From NCBI GenBank assembly GCA_047602425.1, contig JASGHG010000001.1, positions 1,408,001 through 1,472,000 on the forward strand: a stretch of DNA of 64,000 nt. Reading direction: 5' to 3'. Below are positions 9,780 to 19,125 of the stretch, piece by piece. Both the position numbers and the translations under genes were made by a program. The DNA comes from Nibricoccus sp. GTDB lineage: Bacteria; Verrucomicrobiota; Verrucomicrobiia; Opitutales; Opitutaceae. Below the pieces are notes generated by a model. That model searched no databases. It was not told where the DNA came from and was given only the letters and a program-made list of their open reading frames with translations. Each line of letters opens with the position of its first letter. The stretch's first letter is position 1.

Positions 9780-10439
9780 ATGAAAACCCACATACACAGC
9801 CGCGTTCGCTTCGCGGTTCTCACTGCGGCCCTCGTCGGCCTTTTCACTGCTGCTCAAGCCGCCACCGTAACCATCACCACCACGATCGTCATCGCCGCTG
9901 GCGCCACCTATAATGGCAACGGCAACACGATCAAAGCGTCGGGCATGGGCGACGGCGGTCAGGGCGAAGGTCAGAAGCCATTCTTCCGCCTCAACGCGGA
10001 TTCCTGGCTCAAGAACGTCAAGCTCGCCGCCCCCGGTGTCGACGGCTGCCATTTCTATGGCAATGGCACGATGAACGAGGTCACCTGGCAGGACATCGGC
10101 GAAGACGCTCACACTGAAAAATCCGCGGGCAACTGCTGGGTTTCCGGTGGCGCGGCTTACAACGGTGCTGACAAGTGCGGCCAGGTTAACGCCGCTGGTT
10201 GGCTCACGCTGTACTACTTCTACACCAGCGTGTGCTTGAAGAACATCCGTCAAAACGGTGGCACCACCTACAAGTGCCAGTTCTACTACGACCACAACAC
10301 CGCCAACAAGACTGGCGAAGCCATTGGTCGCACCGACTCGTCCACGACGACGTTCGGCGTTCGTGGCATGACCGTGACGAGCTTCACGGGCAGCAAGGGC
10401 TGGTGGTATGGCCGCGATTCTCAGGCCTTCACCTACTAA
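9780..10439 (+). CDS. Secreted pectate lyase, family PL3 (copy 2)
   Basis: Signal peptide; GDGGQGEGQKPFFRL, WQDIGEDA, ADK, KNIRQNGG; paralog of 1516. Confidence 0.9.
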   Translation: MKTHIHSRVRFAVLTAALVGLFTAAQAATVTITTTIVIAAGATYNGNGNTIKASGMGDGGQGEGQKPFFRLNADSWLKNVKLAAPGVDGCHFYGNGTMNEVTWQDIGEDAHTEKSAGNCWVSGGAAYNGADKCGQVNAAGWLTLYYFYTSVCLKNIRQNGGTTYKCQFYYDHNTANKTGEAIGRTDSSTTTFGVRGMTVTSFTGSKGWWYGRDSQAFTY

Positions 10440-10469
10440 TCCTTCGGCCTAAAAGCTGATCGTTTATTG

Positions 10470-10509
10470 CGCCTGGAGCCAAACAACGGCTCCAGGCGTC
10501 TTCGTCTGT
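10470..10509 (+). terminator. Stem-loop after lyase copy 2
   Basis: CGCCTGGAGCC-AAACAAC-GGCTCCAGGCG followed by a weak T-rich tail. Confidence 0.6.
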
Positions 10510-10510
10510 T

Positions 10511-11713
10511 GTGCCCGACGGTCAACGGCACAATTTTTCCCCACGTCACTCCGTTCACTCCATGCGCTGGTCCTCTCGCACGCTCATTGCCGTCGTCGCT
10601 TTCTCCGCCATCGCAGGCATACTGGTCGGTCTCAAAACCGCGCCCGCCAGCCCATCCCGCCCAACCCGCGCACAAGCTGCCCGGCCAGCCGGCAGTGCCG
10701 TCGCTTCATTGGACCAAACTACTGAAAACCTCCAAACGACTGGCGGCTCCTGGAATGAGCGCTGGCGCAATATTCTTTCCGGCACCCCCACTCCTGCCCG
10801 CACCCGCGACCTCGCCGCCCTGATTGAGGAACTTGCAAAGACCGACCCCAAGCGCGCTCTCGAACTCGCCGCCGCCGAAACCAACTGGCGCCTCCGCGAC
10901 CTTCTCCGCAATGCCGCCCTCCGAGGATGGGCCTCGGTCGAACCCATCGCCGCCGCCAACCATGCCCTCACCATTCGGCCTGAGGAACGCCGTTCCGCCG
11001 TCGAGGCGGTCATGCAAGGCGCCGCCGCCAATCCTCCCGAAGCGGTCAAAACCGCCCTCCATCTTTGCAAATCCGACACCGAAGCGGCCGGCGATTATGG
11101 CCACTACACCATCGCCGCCCTGGTCGATGTTGGCGCGTTCAACGAGGCCGTGCAATTTGGCAACCAGATCGGTACCGACAAATATCCCTTCCTTCTCAAG
11201 TCCGCCTTTTTCCAGTGGTCCCGCAACCAACCGCAAGAGGCATTAGCCGCCGTCGACTCCATTAAGGATCCGCTTCTGAAAGCCCAGGCTTATGGAGAAG
11301 CAATCTCCGGCTGGGCTTGGGCCGATGGGAAATCGGTCGCCGAGTACGCCCTCACACTTCCCTCCGGCTCCTCGCGCAACGACGTCCTCACCGAGGCTCT
11401 TCCGCGCTGGGTCGAGAAAGATCCCGTCGCGGCGACCGAGTGGATCAACAAGCATGATTCCGGCCCCGAATTCGACGCAGGCATTGAAGCCGTCGCCAAT
11501 CTCCAGTCTCTCATTCAAACCCGCCCCGCCAATGCGCTGGAACTCGCCGGCAACATCTCGGATCCCGGCCGCCGTTCCCATGCCATGCGCGCCATCTTCC
11601 GCCAGTGGGCCACCACCGACGTCACCGCCGCCAAACGCTACGTCGACAGCACTGCAAATGCCACGGATCGCGCCCTGCTTGCCGACGAACTCAAGGACAT
11701 GTCGCCCAACTAA
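10511..11713 (+). CDS. Membrane-anchored helical repeat protein A2 (start may be 10562)
   Basis: Counterpart of A1: KYPFLL.SAFFQW, GWAWAD, GPEFDAGIE, C-terminal DELKDMSPN identical. Confidence 0.8.
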   Translation: MPDGQRHNFSPRHSVHSMRWSSRTLIAVVAFSAIAGILVGLKTAPASPSRPTRAQAARPAGSAVASLDQTTENLQTTGGSWNERWRNILSGTPTPARTRDLAALIEELAKTDPKRALELAAAETNWRLRDLLRNAALRGWASVEPIAAANHALTIRPEERRSAVEAVMQGAAANPPEAVKTALHLCKSDTEAAGDYGHYTIAALVDVGAFNEAVQFGNQIGTDKYPFLLKSAFFQWSRNQPQEALAAVDSIKDPLLKAQAYGEAISGWAWADGKSVAEYALTLPSGSSRNDVLTEALPRWVEKDPVAATEWINKHDSGPEFDAGIEAVANLQSLIQTRPANALELAGNISDPGRRSHAMRAIFRQWATTDVTAAKRYVDSTANATDRALLADELKDMSPN

Positions 11714-11736
11714 ACGGTTCAGCGCCGCCCCGCCAC

Positions 11737-12894
11737 ATGCCAAACGCACTTTCCCTCCCTCGCTGGTCAACCAAAACCCTTGGCCTCGCCGCCGTCCTCA
11801 CGGCGATTTTCGCCGGCCTGATCACGCGCCAGATTGCCGCCAAAACCATCCCTAACCTCCAAGTTTCCATTGCCTCCGCCCGCGTCCGCCTCGATGGCAC
11901 CAGCAGCGCCCGGAAACATTGGGAGGATACTTGGTCACAGACCAGCCGCCAGCCCGCCTGTCCCGCGCGCAACCGCAACCTCGAGGCCATGCTGGAGGAG
12001 CTTGCCCGTACCGATCCGCAGCGAGCGCTCGCACTCGCCATGGCGGAAGGCAACTGGCTTCTCCGCGACAAACTTCGCAACGCCGCCCTTCGCGGTTGGG
12101 GCGCCGTTGCCCCCGACGCCGCCGCCGACTGGGCCATGGCGCAGCCCGAATTGGGCAATCGACTCTTCTGCGTTCAGGCAGTCCTCAGCGGCGCGGTTGA
12201 GAAACCCGACGACGCCGTCCGCGTCGCGCTCCGCGTTTGCGAGGCCGATCCGCTTCCCGCCGGCGATTATGGCCATGCCGTCATCAACGCCCTTATCGAC
12301 AAAGCCGGCTCTTACGAAGCCGCGACCAAGTTTGCCCTCGCCGCAACCAAAGTCGACCGCCAATCGTACCTCGTCGATTCCGCCTTCTATCAGTGGGCGC
12401 AAAACCAACCCGAACTCGCCGTCGCCAAACTTTCCGAAATCAAGGACCCTAAAGTCCGCGATTCCGTCATGAAGGGCGTTGTCGAGGGCTGGGCCGACGC
12501 CGATGCCAAGAGTCTCGCCACCTACGCCCAGGCCATGCCTCCCGGCGAAGACCGAACCAAATTTATGAGCATCGCCCTCATGCAGTGGGGCAATAAAAAC
12601 CCCGAGGACACCATGCAGTGGATCAACCAGTTTGAACCCCACCCCGATTTCGACAAAGGTTTCGCCACGCTCGCCCTCGGAGAAACCGTTCTCAAAACCC
12701 GTCCCGAGATGGCCATTGAGATGACCGAGTACATCACCGATCCCGCGCAGCGCACGCTTACTCGCGACAACGCGTTCTGGCGCTGGGCCCTTCGCGATCC
12801 CGAAGGCGCCCGCAAATACGCCGAGTCGGTCCAGAACCCCGAGTACCGCGCCTCCATGCTCGACGATCTTACCCGCCTTCCCAAAGACCAGTAA
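11737..12894 (+). CDS. Membrane-anchored helical repeat protein B2
   Basis: Counterpart of B1: QPAC, RVALRVC.ADP.PA.DYGHA, MPPGEDR. Confidence 0.8.
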   Translation: MPNALSLPRWSTKTLGLAAVLTAIFAGLITRQIAAKTIPNLQVSIASARVRLDGTSSARKHWEDTWSQTSRQPACPARNRNLEAMLEELARTDPQRALALAMAEGNWLLRDKLRNAALRGWGAVAPDAAADWAMAQPELGNRLFCVQAVLSGAVEKPDDAVRVALRVCEADPLPAGDYGHAVINALIDKAGSYEAATKFALAATKVDRQSYLVDSAFYQWAQNQPELAVAKLSEIKDPKVRDSVMKGVVEGWADADAKSLATYAQAMPPGEDRTKFMSIALMQWGNKNPEDTMQWINQFEPHPDFDKGFATLALGETVLKTRPEMAIEMTEYITDPAQRTLTRDNAFWRWALRDPEGARKYAESVQNPEYRASMLDDLTRLPKDQ

Positions 12895-12908
12895 GCAACC
12901 CGCCCGCC

Positions 12909-14990
12909 ATGCCGTTTGCTGCTCGCTCCCCGTCTTCCGACTTCCGACCCCCGTCCTCCGGCCTGCGCCTTCTGGCCTCCAGCCTCTGGCTTCTGGCTTC
13001 ACTCCTCCTTGCGCAGAGTATCCAAGCCTCCGATACGCCGGCGCCCGTCGTTTACCCTTTCCACCGAGCCGCGCAAAACGCGGACCTCGTCACGCTCCGC
13101 GCTCTCCTTCGCCTCGATCCACTCGCCGTCAATGCCGCAGACCCCAATGGCGTCACGCCGCTTTTCGTCGCCGCACGTCTTGGCCATGTTCCCGTCGTCC
13201 GCCTCCTGCTCGAAAATGGCGCGTCGCCTCACGCTCGCACCAATGACGGCTCCACACCGCTTTGCATGGCCGCCTATTTTGGTCATCTTGAAATCGCACG
13301 CCTCCTCCTCGACAAAGACGCCGATCTCGAAGCCCAAACTGTCGATGGCGCAACCCCGCTCACCCTGGCCGCCGCCAATGGACAGTCGGAAATGGTCAAA
13401 TGGCTGCAGTCCAAAGGCGCCCGAACCGACGCCCTCACCGCCAATAGTTCGACCGCACTCGCCCAAGCCGCTCTCGAAGGTCACGCCGATGCGGTCAAAA
13501 CCCTCCATGAAACCGGCGCCGCGGTGGATACTCGCGACGAAAAAGGCCAGACGCCTCTCATGCTCGCCGCCCGCGAAGGTCGCAACGAGGTTGTTACGCT
13601 TCTCATCGAACAAGGTGCCGATCCTAACGCCACCGACAAACAGGGTCTCACCGCGCTTCACCAGGCGGCCAAGGAAGGCCGCCCCGAAACCGTCAGGCTC
13701 CTCCTCAAACATGGGGCCAAAATCGACCGCCGCGACAAACGCGGCCGCACACCTCTCTTCATGGCTGCCTTCTATGGCTATGCCAATTCCGCTGCCGCTC
13801 TCTGCGATGCCGGAGCCGACGTCGACGCGCGCGACGAACTCAATCGCACCCCGCTTTTCATGGCCGCTAATGATGGCTCCGAAGCCGCTGCCCTCGTCCT
13901 TCTCGAAAAAGGCGCCAGCGTGGAAGATAAAATCATCAACGGCAAAAGCACCCTATCCCCGCTTCGCATTGCCGCTTTCGATGGCTACATCGGGATCCTC
14001 AAAGCACTCATCGCCAAAGGTGCCGACGTAAACCAAAAACGCCTCGATGATGGCTTTACCCCGCTTCTGTTCGCCGCCCAAGGCGGCCATCTCGATGCCG
14101 TCAAAATCCTGATGTCCGCCGGTGCAAAATCCGACGCCACCGCCAACGACGGTCGCAATGCCCTTTGGCTCGCTTCGGAAAACGGTCATGTCGCGATCGC
14201 CAAATTTTTTCTCAAGCAGGGACTTTCCGTCGAAGCCCGCGATGCCCAGGGTCGCACTCCTCTCTTCCGCGCCGCCGAAGTCGGCTACTCAGCCGTCGTC
14301 CGTTTTCTCCTCGCCAACAATGCAGCCGTCGATGCTCCCGACCGCGACGGCCGCACCCCGCTCGCCTTGGCCGCAAAAATCGGCCAGGTGGAAACCGTCA
14401 CCGCTCTTCTCGAAAACAAAGCCGATCCAAACGCCACCAGTAAAGATGGCTTGACTCCACTTCTGATGGCCACCGGCGCCGCCGGCCCGCATTTCATTGT
14501 CCCACCCGAAGGTTCCTATCTCAAGGTCTTCCACCTTCTCCTCGAAAAAGGCGCTCGTCTTGACGCACAAACTCCCGAGGGACACACTCCGCTGCATCTG
14601 GCAGCCCAGGATGGACGCCTCAACGTGGTCAAAGCTCTGCTCGAACTCAAAGCCAACCTCGAACCCATCGACAACGAGAATCGCACTCCTTTGTACCTTG
14701 CTGCCAGTTCAGGACACGCCCCCGTCGTCGCCTTCCTGCTCGAAAAAGGCGCTTCCCCTGACACCGTCGGCAAGTCCGGTGAAAGCGCCCTTTTCACCGC
14801 CGCTCGAAACGGTCATTTCCTCGCCACCAAGGCGCTCGTGGACAAGGGAGCGAAAATCGATACGCCCACCCCTCAAGGCGAAACCCCTGTCTCGATCGCT
14901 AAAAAACACGGTCACCGCCCCATCGCCCGCCTGCTTGAGCGCCGCGTCGCCGGCGCTGGCAGTGCCAGTCCCGTCAAGTCTTCGCCATGA
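12909..14990 (+). CDS. Exported ankyrin-repeat protein (copy 2)
   Basis: Ankyrin repeats collinear with the 4685 ORF; signal peptide built on heptamer DNA repeats. Confidence 0.92.
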   Translation: MPFAARSPSSDFRPPSSGLRLLASSLWLLASLLLAQSIQASDTPAPVVYPFHRAAQNADLVTLRALLRLDPLAVNAADPNGVTPLFVAARLGHVPVVRLLLENGASPHARTNDGSTPLCMAAYFGHLEIARLLLDKDADLEAQTVDGATPLTLAAANGQSEMVKWLQSKGARTDALTANSSTALAQAALEGHADAVKTLHETGAAVDTRDEKGQTPLMLAAREGRNEVVTLLIEQGADPNATDKQGLTALHQAAKEGRPETVRLLLKHGAKIDRRDKRGRTPLFMAAFYGYANSAAALCDAGADVDARDELNRTPLFMAANDGSEAAALVLLEKGASVEDKIINGKSTLSPLRIAAFDGYIGILKALIAKGADVNQKRLDDGFTPLLFAAQGGHLDAVKILMSAGAKSDATANDGRNALWLASENGHVAIAKFFLKQGLSVEARDAQGRTPLFRAAEVGYSAVVRFLLANNAAVDAPDRDGRTPLALAAKIGQVETVTALLENKADPNATSKDGLTPLLMATGAAGPHFIVPPEGSYLKVFHLLLEKGARLDAQTPEGHTPLHLAAQDGRLNVVKALLELKANLEPIDNENRTPLYLAASSGHAPVVAFLLEKGASPDTVGKSGESALFTAARNGHFLATKALVDKGAKIDTPTPQGETPVSIAKKHGHRPIARLLERRVAGAGSASPVKSSP

Positions 14991-15610
14991 CCTCTTTCAT
15001 CCTCCGGCTTCTGGCTTCCGGCCTTTGTCTTTTGGCCTCCGGTCTCCTTGCGGCCGATCCACTGCCGGGCGAGACAGCCCTTCATGCCGCCGCGCGCGCG
15101 GGCGACATCGACGCCGTGCGTTTACTTCTCGACAAAGGTTCGCCTATCGATGTCCGCAGCAAACGCCTTGAAACGCCCCTCTTCTTCGCCGCCGCCAACG
15201 GTCACGCCAAAATCGTCAGCCTGCTCGTCGATCGCCTCGCTGGCGTTAATATCACCGACTACGAGGGTCGCACGCCCCTCATCGCCGCCACTCAAAACAA
15301 TCATCTCGAAACCGTCGTCATCCTTCTCGACAATGGCGCCAATCCCAACGCCAACATGGGTTCCGGCGAGTCTCCCATGTATTTCGCGGTGAAAAACGGT
15401 AATCTGGAAATTATGAAGGCGCTCTACGAAATGGGCGCTAACCTCACGACACTCAATAAAGATGGGGAATCCCCGCTCTCCATCGCCCGCAAACTCGGCA
15501 ACAAGGAGATCCTCGCTTTTCTCGAAAAAAACAACGCCCGCATTCCCCCTCCGCCTACGGGAGAAAAACCCGCCGACGGTCCGCCTCGCGGTAAAGAACC
15601 CAAAGAATAG
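14987..15610 (+). CDS. Small exported ankyrin-repeat protein
   Basis: Signal peptide and about 5 ankyrin repeats; ATGA overlap with the previous gene. Confidence 0.88.
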   Translation: MTSFILRLLASGLCLLASGLLAADPLPGETALHAAARAGDIDAVRLLLDKGSPIDVRSKRLETPLFFAAANGHAKIVSLLVDRLAGVNITDYEGRTPLIAATQNNHLETVVILLDNGANPNANMGSGESPMYFAVKNGNLEIMKALYEMGANLTTLNKDGESPLSIARKLGNKEILAFLEKNNARIPPPPTGEKPADGPPRGKEPKE

Positions 15611-15635
15611 TCTCCTCCCCATTGCATCGCGTCCG

Positions 15636-17243
15636 TCAAGGCGCGGTTTCTTTTTTCGCTCGCACAATCTCTGTCAGATGTCGCCGCGCGTCATCCAACT
15701 CGGGTTTCAACCGGAGTGCTTCACGGAAGCATTCCAACGCTTCGTCTTTCCGACCCACCGCCGCCAAAATCATGCCACGCGTATCAACCAATTCGGCAAT
15801 GCCTCCTGCCGTCGCCACCACGTGATCGATTTCTCGCAAAGCGTCCGGAGCGCGTCCCGCCGCCAACAGTGCATTCGCGTAGTTGTTGCGCACCTCAACC
15901 GAACCTGGCACCTGCGCTAAAACTTTTTCGTACTCTGTCACCGCCTCGCTGGCATGGCCTTTTTCCGCCAAAGCCAGCGCAAGGTTGTTGCGCGCTCTCC
16001 AGTTTTCCGGCCGCTTTTTCACCGTGTCGGACCAGATCGAAATCTTTGTCGCGTAATCCGCGTTCCGCCGCACCGACAGCCCGCCCCAAACCAGGCAAAC
16101 GATCGCACACGCGAAAAATACCCAGCGCCCGAACCACTTATTTGCTGTAAAAACTGCCACGACCACAACCGCGGCAAGCGGCAGGTACATGCGATGCTCA
16201 GCCGCCGTTTGTGTCAGCACCGGGACCACGCTCGAACTCGGCGCCAGAATCGCAAGGAACCAAAAGCCTGCCACACCCCACGACGAACGCCGCCAAATCG
16301 CAAAAAGCGTACCAGCCGCCAGCGCCGCCAGTCCTAGCGCCTCCCACCGCACTTTCGCCAATCCTTCCACCAGCGCGTTACCATGATCGAAAATCAGCGG
16401 TGTCGGCCAAACCACCAGCTTGAGGTAATGTACAATCGCCCCGCATTGCGTCAGCAGATATTGCCATGACGAAGCCGTGCCAAACCCAGCCGTACCTCCA
16501 CGGTTTCGGGCACCAACCACAAGCGCCGCCAGCACCACCCACGACAAGGCCATTCCTGCATACATCCATTTTCTCCGCATCCATGCCTCACGAAACGTTG
16601 CCGCCACCCAGGTGCGGTCGGCCAGCAACACCACGAGCGGCGCCGATACTATGATTTCCTTGCAACCTGCGCCGACCAGACAAGCTGTTACCGCAGCCAT
16701 CTGCCATCGCCAAGCCGATGGCGATTCCACGCTGCGCAAAAAACAATACAGCGTCAGTAAATAGCACAGCCCTGCCAGTGACTCGACGCGTTGGACCACG
16801 TAGGAGACCGACTCCGTTTGCAGCGGATGCACCGCCCAAAGTCCCGCCACCGCCAGCGCCAGCCACACTTCGTCGCGTCTAAAACGTCCAGCCCATGCCG
16901 GCAATCGCGCCAGCCGCCGGACCACGCCAAACAACACCAGCGCGGCGCCCGCATGTATTGTAATATTCACTACATGATAGCTCCACGGAGCCAGCCCGCT
17001 GATCGCGTAATTCACCGCGAATGTAGCGTTCGCCAGTGGACGCCCCAAAGTCGTCGCGTCGGTCGGGGGCGAAAATATTTCCGCCAAACCTCGCTCCGCA
17101 CGGATTGAGCGATTGTTCAAAATCGTCGGCTCGTCGTCGAAGACGAATTCCCCGCCTACTCCGTTGGCGAAAACCGCCACCACGATCAGCGCCAACACGG
17201 CCAGCGAACACCAGATCGTCCACGATTTCCCATTCGTGGGCAC
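15636..17243 (-). CDS. TMTC-like GT-C glycosyltransferase with short TPR tail (copy 2; start approximate)
   Basis: FVFDD, HPLQTESVSYVVQR, AEHRMYLP; paralog of the 6837 ORF with fewer TPRs. Confidence 0.8.
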   Translation of the reverse strand: MPTNGKSWTIWCSLAVLALIVVAVFANGVGGEFVFDDEPTILNNRSIRAERGLAEIFSPPTDATTLGRPLANATFAVNYAISGLAPWSYHVVNITIHAGAALVLFGVVRRLARLPAWAGRFRRDEVWLALAVAGLWAVHPLQTESVSYVVQRVESLAGLCYLLTLYCFLRSVESPSAWRWQMAAVTACLVGAGCKEIIVSAPLVVLLADRTWVAATFREAWMRRKWMYAGMALSWVVLAALVVGARNRGGTAGFGTASSWQYLLTQCGAIVHYLKLVVWPTPLIFDHGNALVEGLAKVRWEALGLAALAAGTLFAIWRRSSWGVAGFWFLAILAPSSSVVPVLTQTAAEHRMYLPLAAVVVVAVFTANKWFGRWVFFACAIVCLVWGGLSVRRNADYATKISIWSDTVKKRPENWRARNNLALALAEKGHASEAVTEYEKVLAQVPGSVEVRNNYANALLAAGRAPDALREIDHVVATAGGIAELVDTRGMILAAVGRKDEALECFREALRLKPELDDARRHLTEIVRAKKETAP

Positions 17244-17406
17244 GACATTCGACGCAGTCGCGCCGGTTTGTTCTGATTGGGGTTGGATCAGCACGTTTCC
17301 ACGACAGCAAATCGCTTCTTGTTCGCAAGAAAACACCTCTGCGGCGGCCAAAAACTCCCTTCGCTCCGCAGTTGCGCGCCGCACGGACTCGCATTCAATG
17401 CCCAAC

Positions 17407-17952
17407 ATGTCCAAGGAACGCACTCTTTCCCGCGAAGTCGCCGCCGTCCAGATTCCCGCCGGCAACACCACAATCCTGCCAGCCGGCGCCCGCGTTTTCA
17501 TCACACAAACCCTCGGCGGCAGCTACACCGTCATGACCGACACTGGTCTCGTCCGCATCGATGGCAAAGATGCCGACGCCCTCGGCGAAACCGTCGCCGA
17601 TACCACGGTAAAATCCGCCACACTTTCCGACGGCGCGCCCGATCCCGCCGCCGTTTGGGATCAGCTGAAGAAAGTTTTCGATCCCGAGATTCCGGTGAAC
17701 ATCGTCGACCTCGGCCTCGTTTATTCGATGGACGTTTCCAAAATCGAAGGCGGTGACGGTTATCGCGTCGACGTCGCCATGACCTTGACCGCCCCAGGTT
17801 GCGGCATGGGACCGGCCATCGCCGAGGATGCGAAAAATAAAATTCTCCTCGTGCCAGGTGTATCCACAGCAGAAGTACGCATCACCTGGGAACCAGCTTG
17901 GAATCAGCAAATGATCTCCGAGGAAGGCAAGATGCAGTTGGGCCTGATCTGA
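17407..17952 (+). CDS. sufT: Fe-S cluster assembly protein SufT (DUF59/PaaD-like)
   Basis: ITQTLGGSYTV, VFDPEIPVNIVDLGLVY, MTLTAPGCGMG, WEPAW..MISE. Confidence 0.9.
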   Translation: MSKERTLSREVAAVQIPAGNTTILPAGARVFITQTLGGSYTVMTDTGLVRIDGKDADALGETVADTTVKSATLSDGAPDPAAVWDQLKKVFDPEIPVNIVDLGLVYSMDVSKIEGGDGYRVDVAMTLTAPGCGMGPAIAEDAKNKILLVPGVSTAEVRITWEPAWNQQMISEEGKMQLGLI

Positions 17953-17969
17953 GTCTTTCCTCCGCGCAC

Positions 17970-18002
17970 AAAAAAGCCGGGCGCCTTTGAAAGCGCCCGG
18001 CT
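17970..18002. terminator. Intrinsic terminator between convergent genes (U-tract on minus strand)
   Basis: AAAAAAGCCGGGCGC-CTTTGAAA-GCGCCCGGCT. Confidence 0.75.
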
Positions 18003-18028
18003 GCTTGGGGTATCGGACGGAATGGAAA

Positions 18029-18547
18029 TTAACGGGAGTTGCTGGCGAAAACGCGCATCGTTGATGCACGACCAACTGAGTCCTGAAATCCAGAGGAGGA
18101 AGTTGCACGCTCGAACGCGGACGACAGCGTCGCCCTCATCGAAGGATCGTCCGTGCGCAGCACGAAGTGAAACACGCGCACTGGAGTGCCAATCTGCGCA
18201 ACCGCGCGAATCGAGGTGAATTTCTTACCACGGAGAGTATAGGGCAGCGTTTCGCCCAAAACCACAACCGCGTCACAGGTGCCATTGGCCAGCTCTTCGG
18301 CGGCCGAGGTCGCGTCCAGATTCACCATTTTGACCGGCATCGCACGGCCTTCCAGCTGTTTCATGCTTTCCGACAAACTCGACGACAAAGCCTGCTGAAG
18401 GACGTAGAAAGGCGCTTCGTCGTCGATCGCATTGACCGATGCGACACGCAAAGCGCTGCTCGCGCTGACAACAGAGACATCAGCGCTGGCCGAAGCCACG
18501 CTGGCGAACACACCGACAAGAATCACACATAGGGATAGGGTTTTCAT
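18029..18547 (-). CDS. Secreted hypothetical protein, possibly a periplasmic-binding-protein-like domain
   Basis: Signal peptide ASA; ELANGTCDAVV resembles the PBP2 L..G..D motif. Confidence 0.65.
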   Translation of the reverse strand: MKTLSLCVILVGVFASVASASADVSVVSASSALRVASVNAIDDEAPFYVLQQALSSSLSESMKQLEGRAMPVKMVNLDATSAAEELANGTCDAVVVLGETLPYTLRGKKFTSIRAVAQIGTPVRVFHFVLRTDDPSMRATLSSAFERATSSSGFQDSVGRASTMRVFASNSR

Positions 18548-19125
18548 TTTTGAACTTTTAGGTGGGTAGATTGGTTGTGCTGTTCCGTAGTGCTGCTAAT
18601 GTACGATATAAGGGGCGCACCCTACCAGCTTTTTCGCACTTAATTTGCAATAGCCGTAACTTGCTATTCTCTATTTGAATAAGCGATGTTTTAATGCGTT
18701 TTTTGGAGTTCGGGCCTCACCTATTAAATTTACTGTTTCTGGGGTCTACCCTGTATTTACACGGAGAGTTTTGGCCCACGTTTCGTAAACACGCCGCTGA
18801 AAATCGCGCGGACAAAGCGGGTTATCCCTTCGCGGACCGGCCCTTGCCCCGCTTCCCAATGCTGTGCATAGGAGGTTTTACCCATTCAACATCGATACCG
18901 ATCTTGTGCAGCCTTTCGTATCACTTTACTTATCAATATTTAATTCGTTTTCTTTGGCGGATGAAACAGGGCGAAATCAGAGATTTAGATTGCGGAAACC
19001 CGGGACGGAGGCGATGGTGCCGCCTGCATGCGTCGAGCGCGCACCCTTCGCGCTCCGCCTGCCTTCAAATAAAACCCGCGCTTGCGCCTGTCTTGGGCTG
19101 AGCGCCTTAAACAACAAAACATACC

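Noticed and set aside
1102..17390. Assembly artefact or mobile element
   Set aside because: The copies are clearly diverged and differ in gene content; no integrase, transposase, att sites or terminal repeats recognised
18694..19101. 135 aa ORF in the AT-rich intergenic region
   Set aside because: Atypical composition and no motifs; more likely divergent promoter DNA
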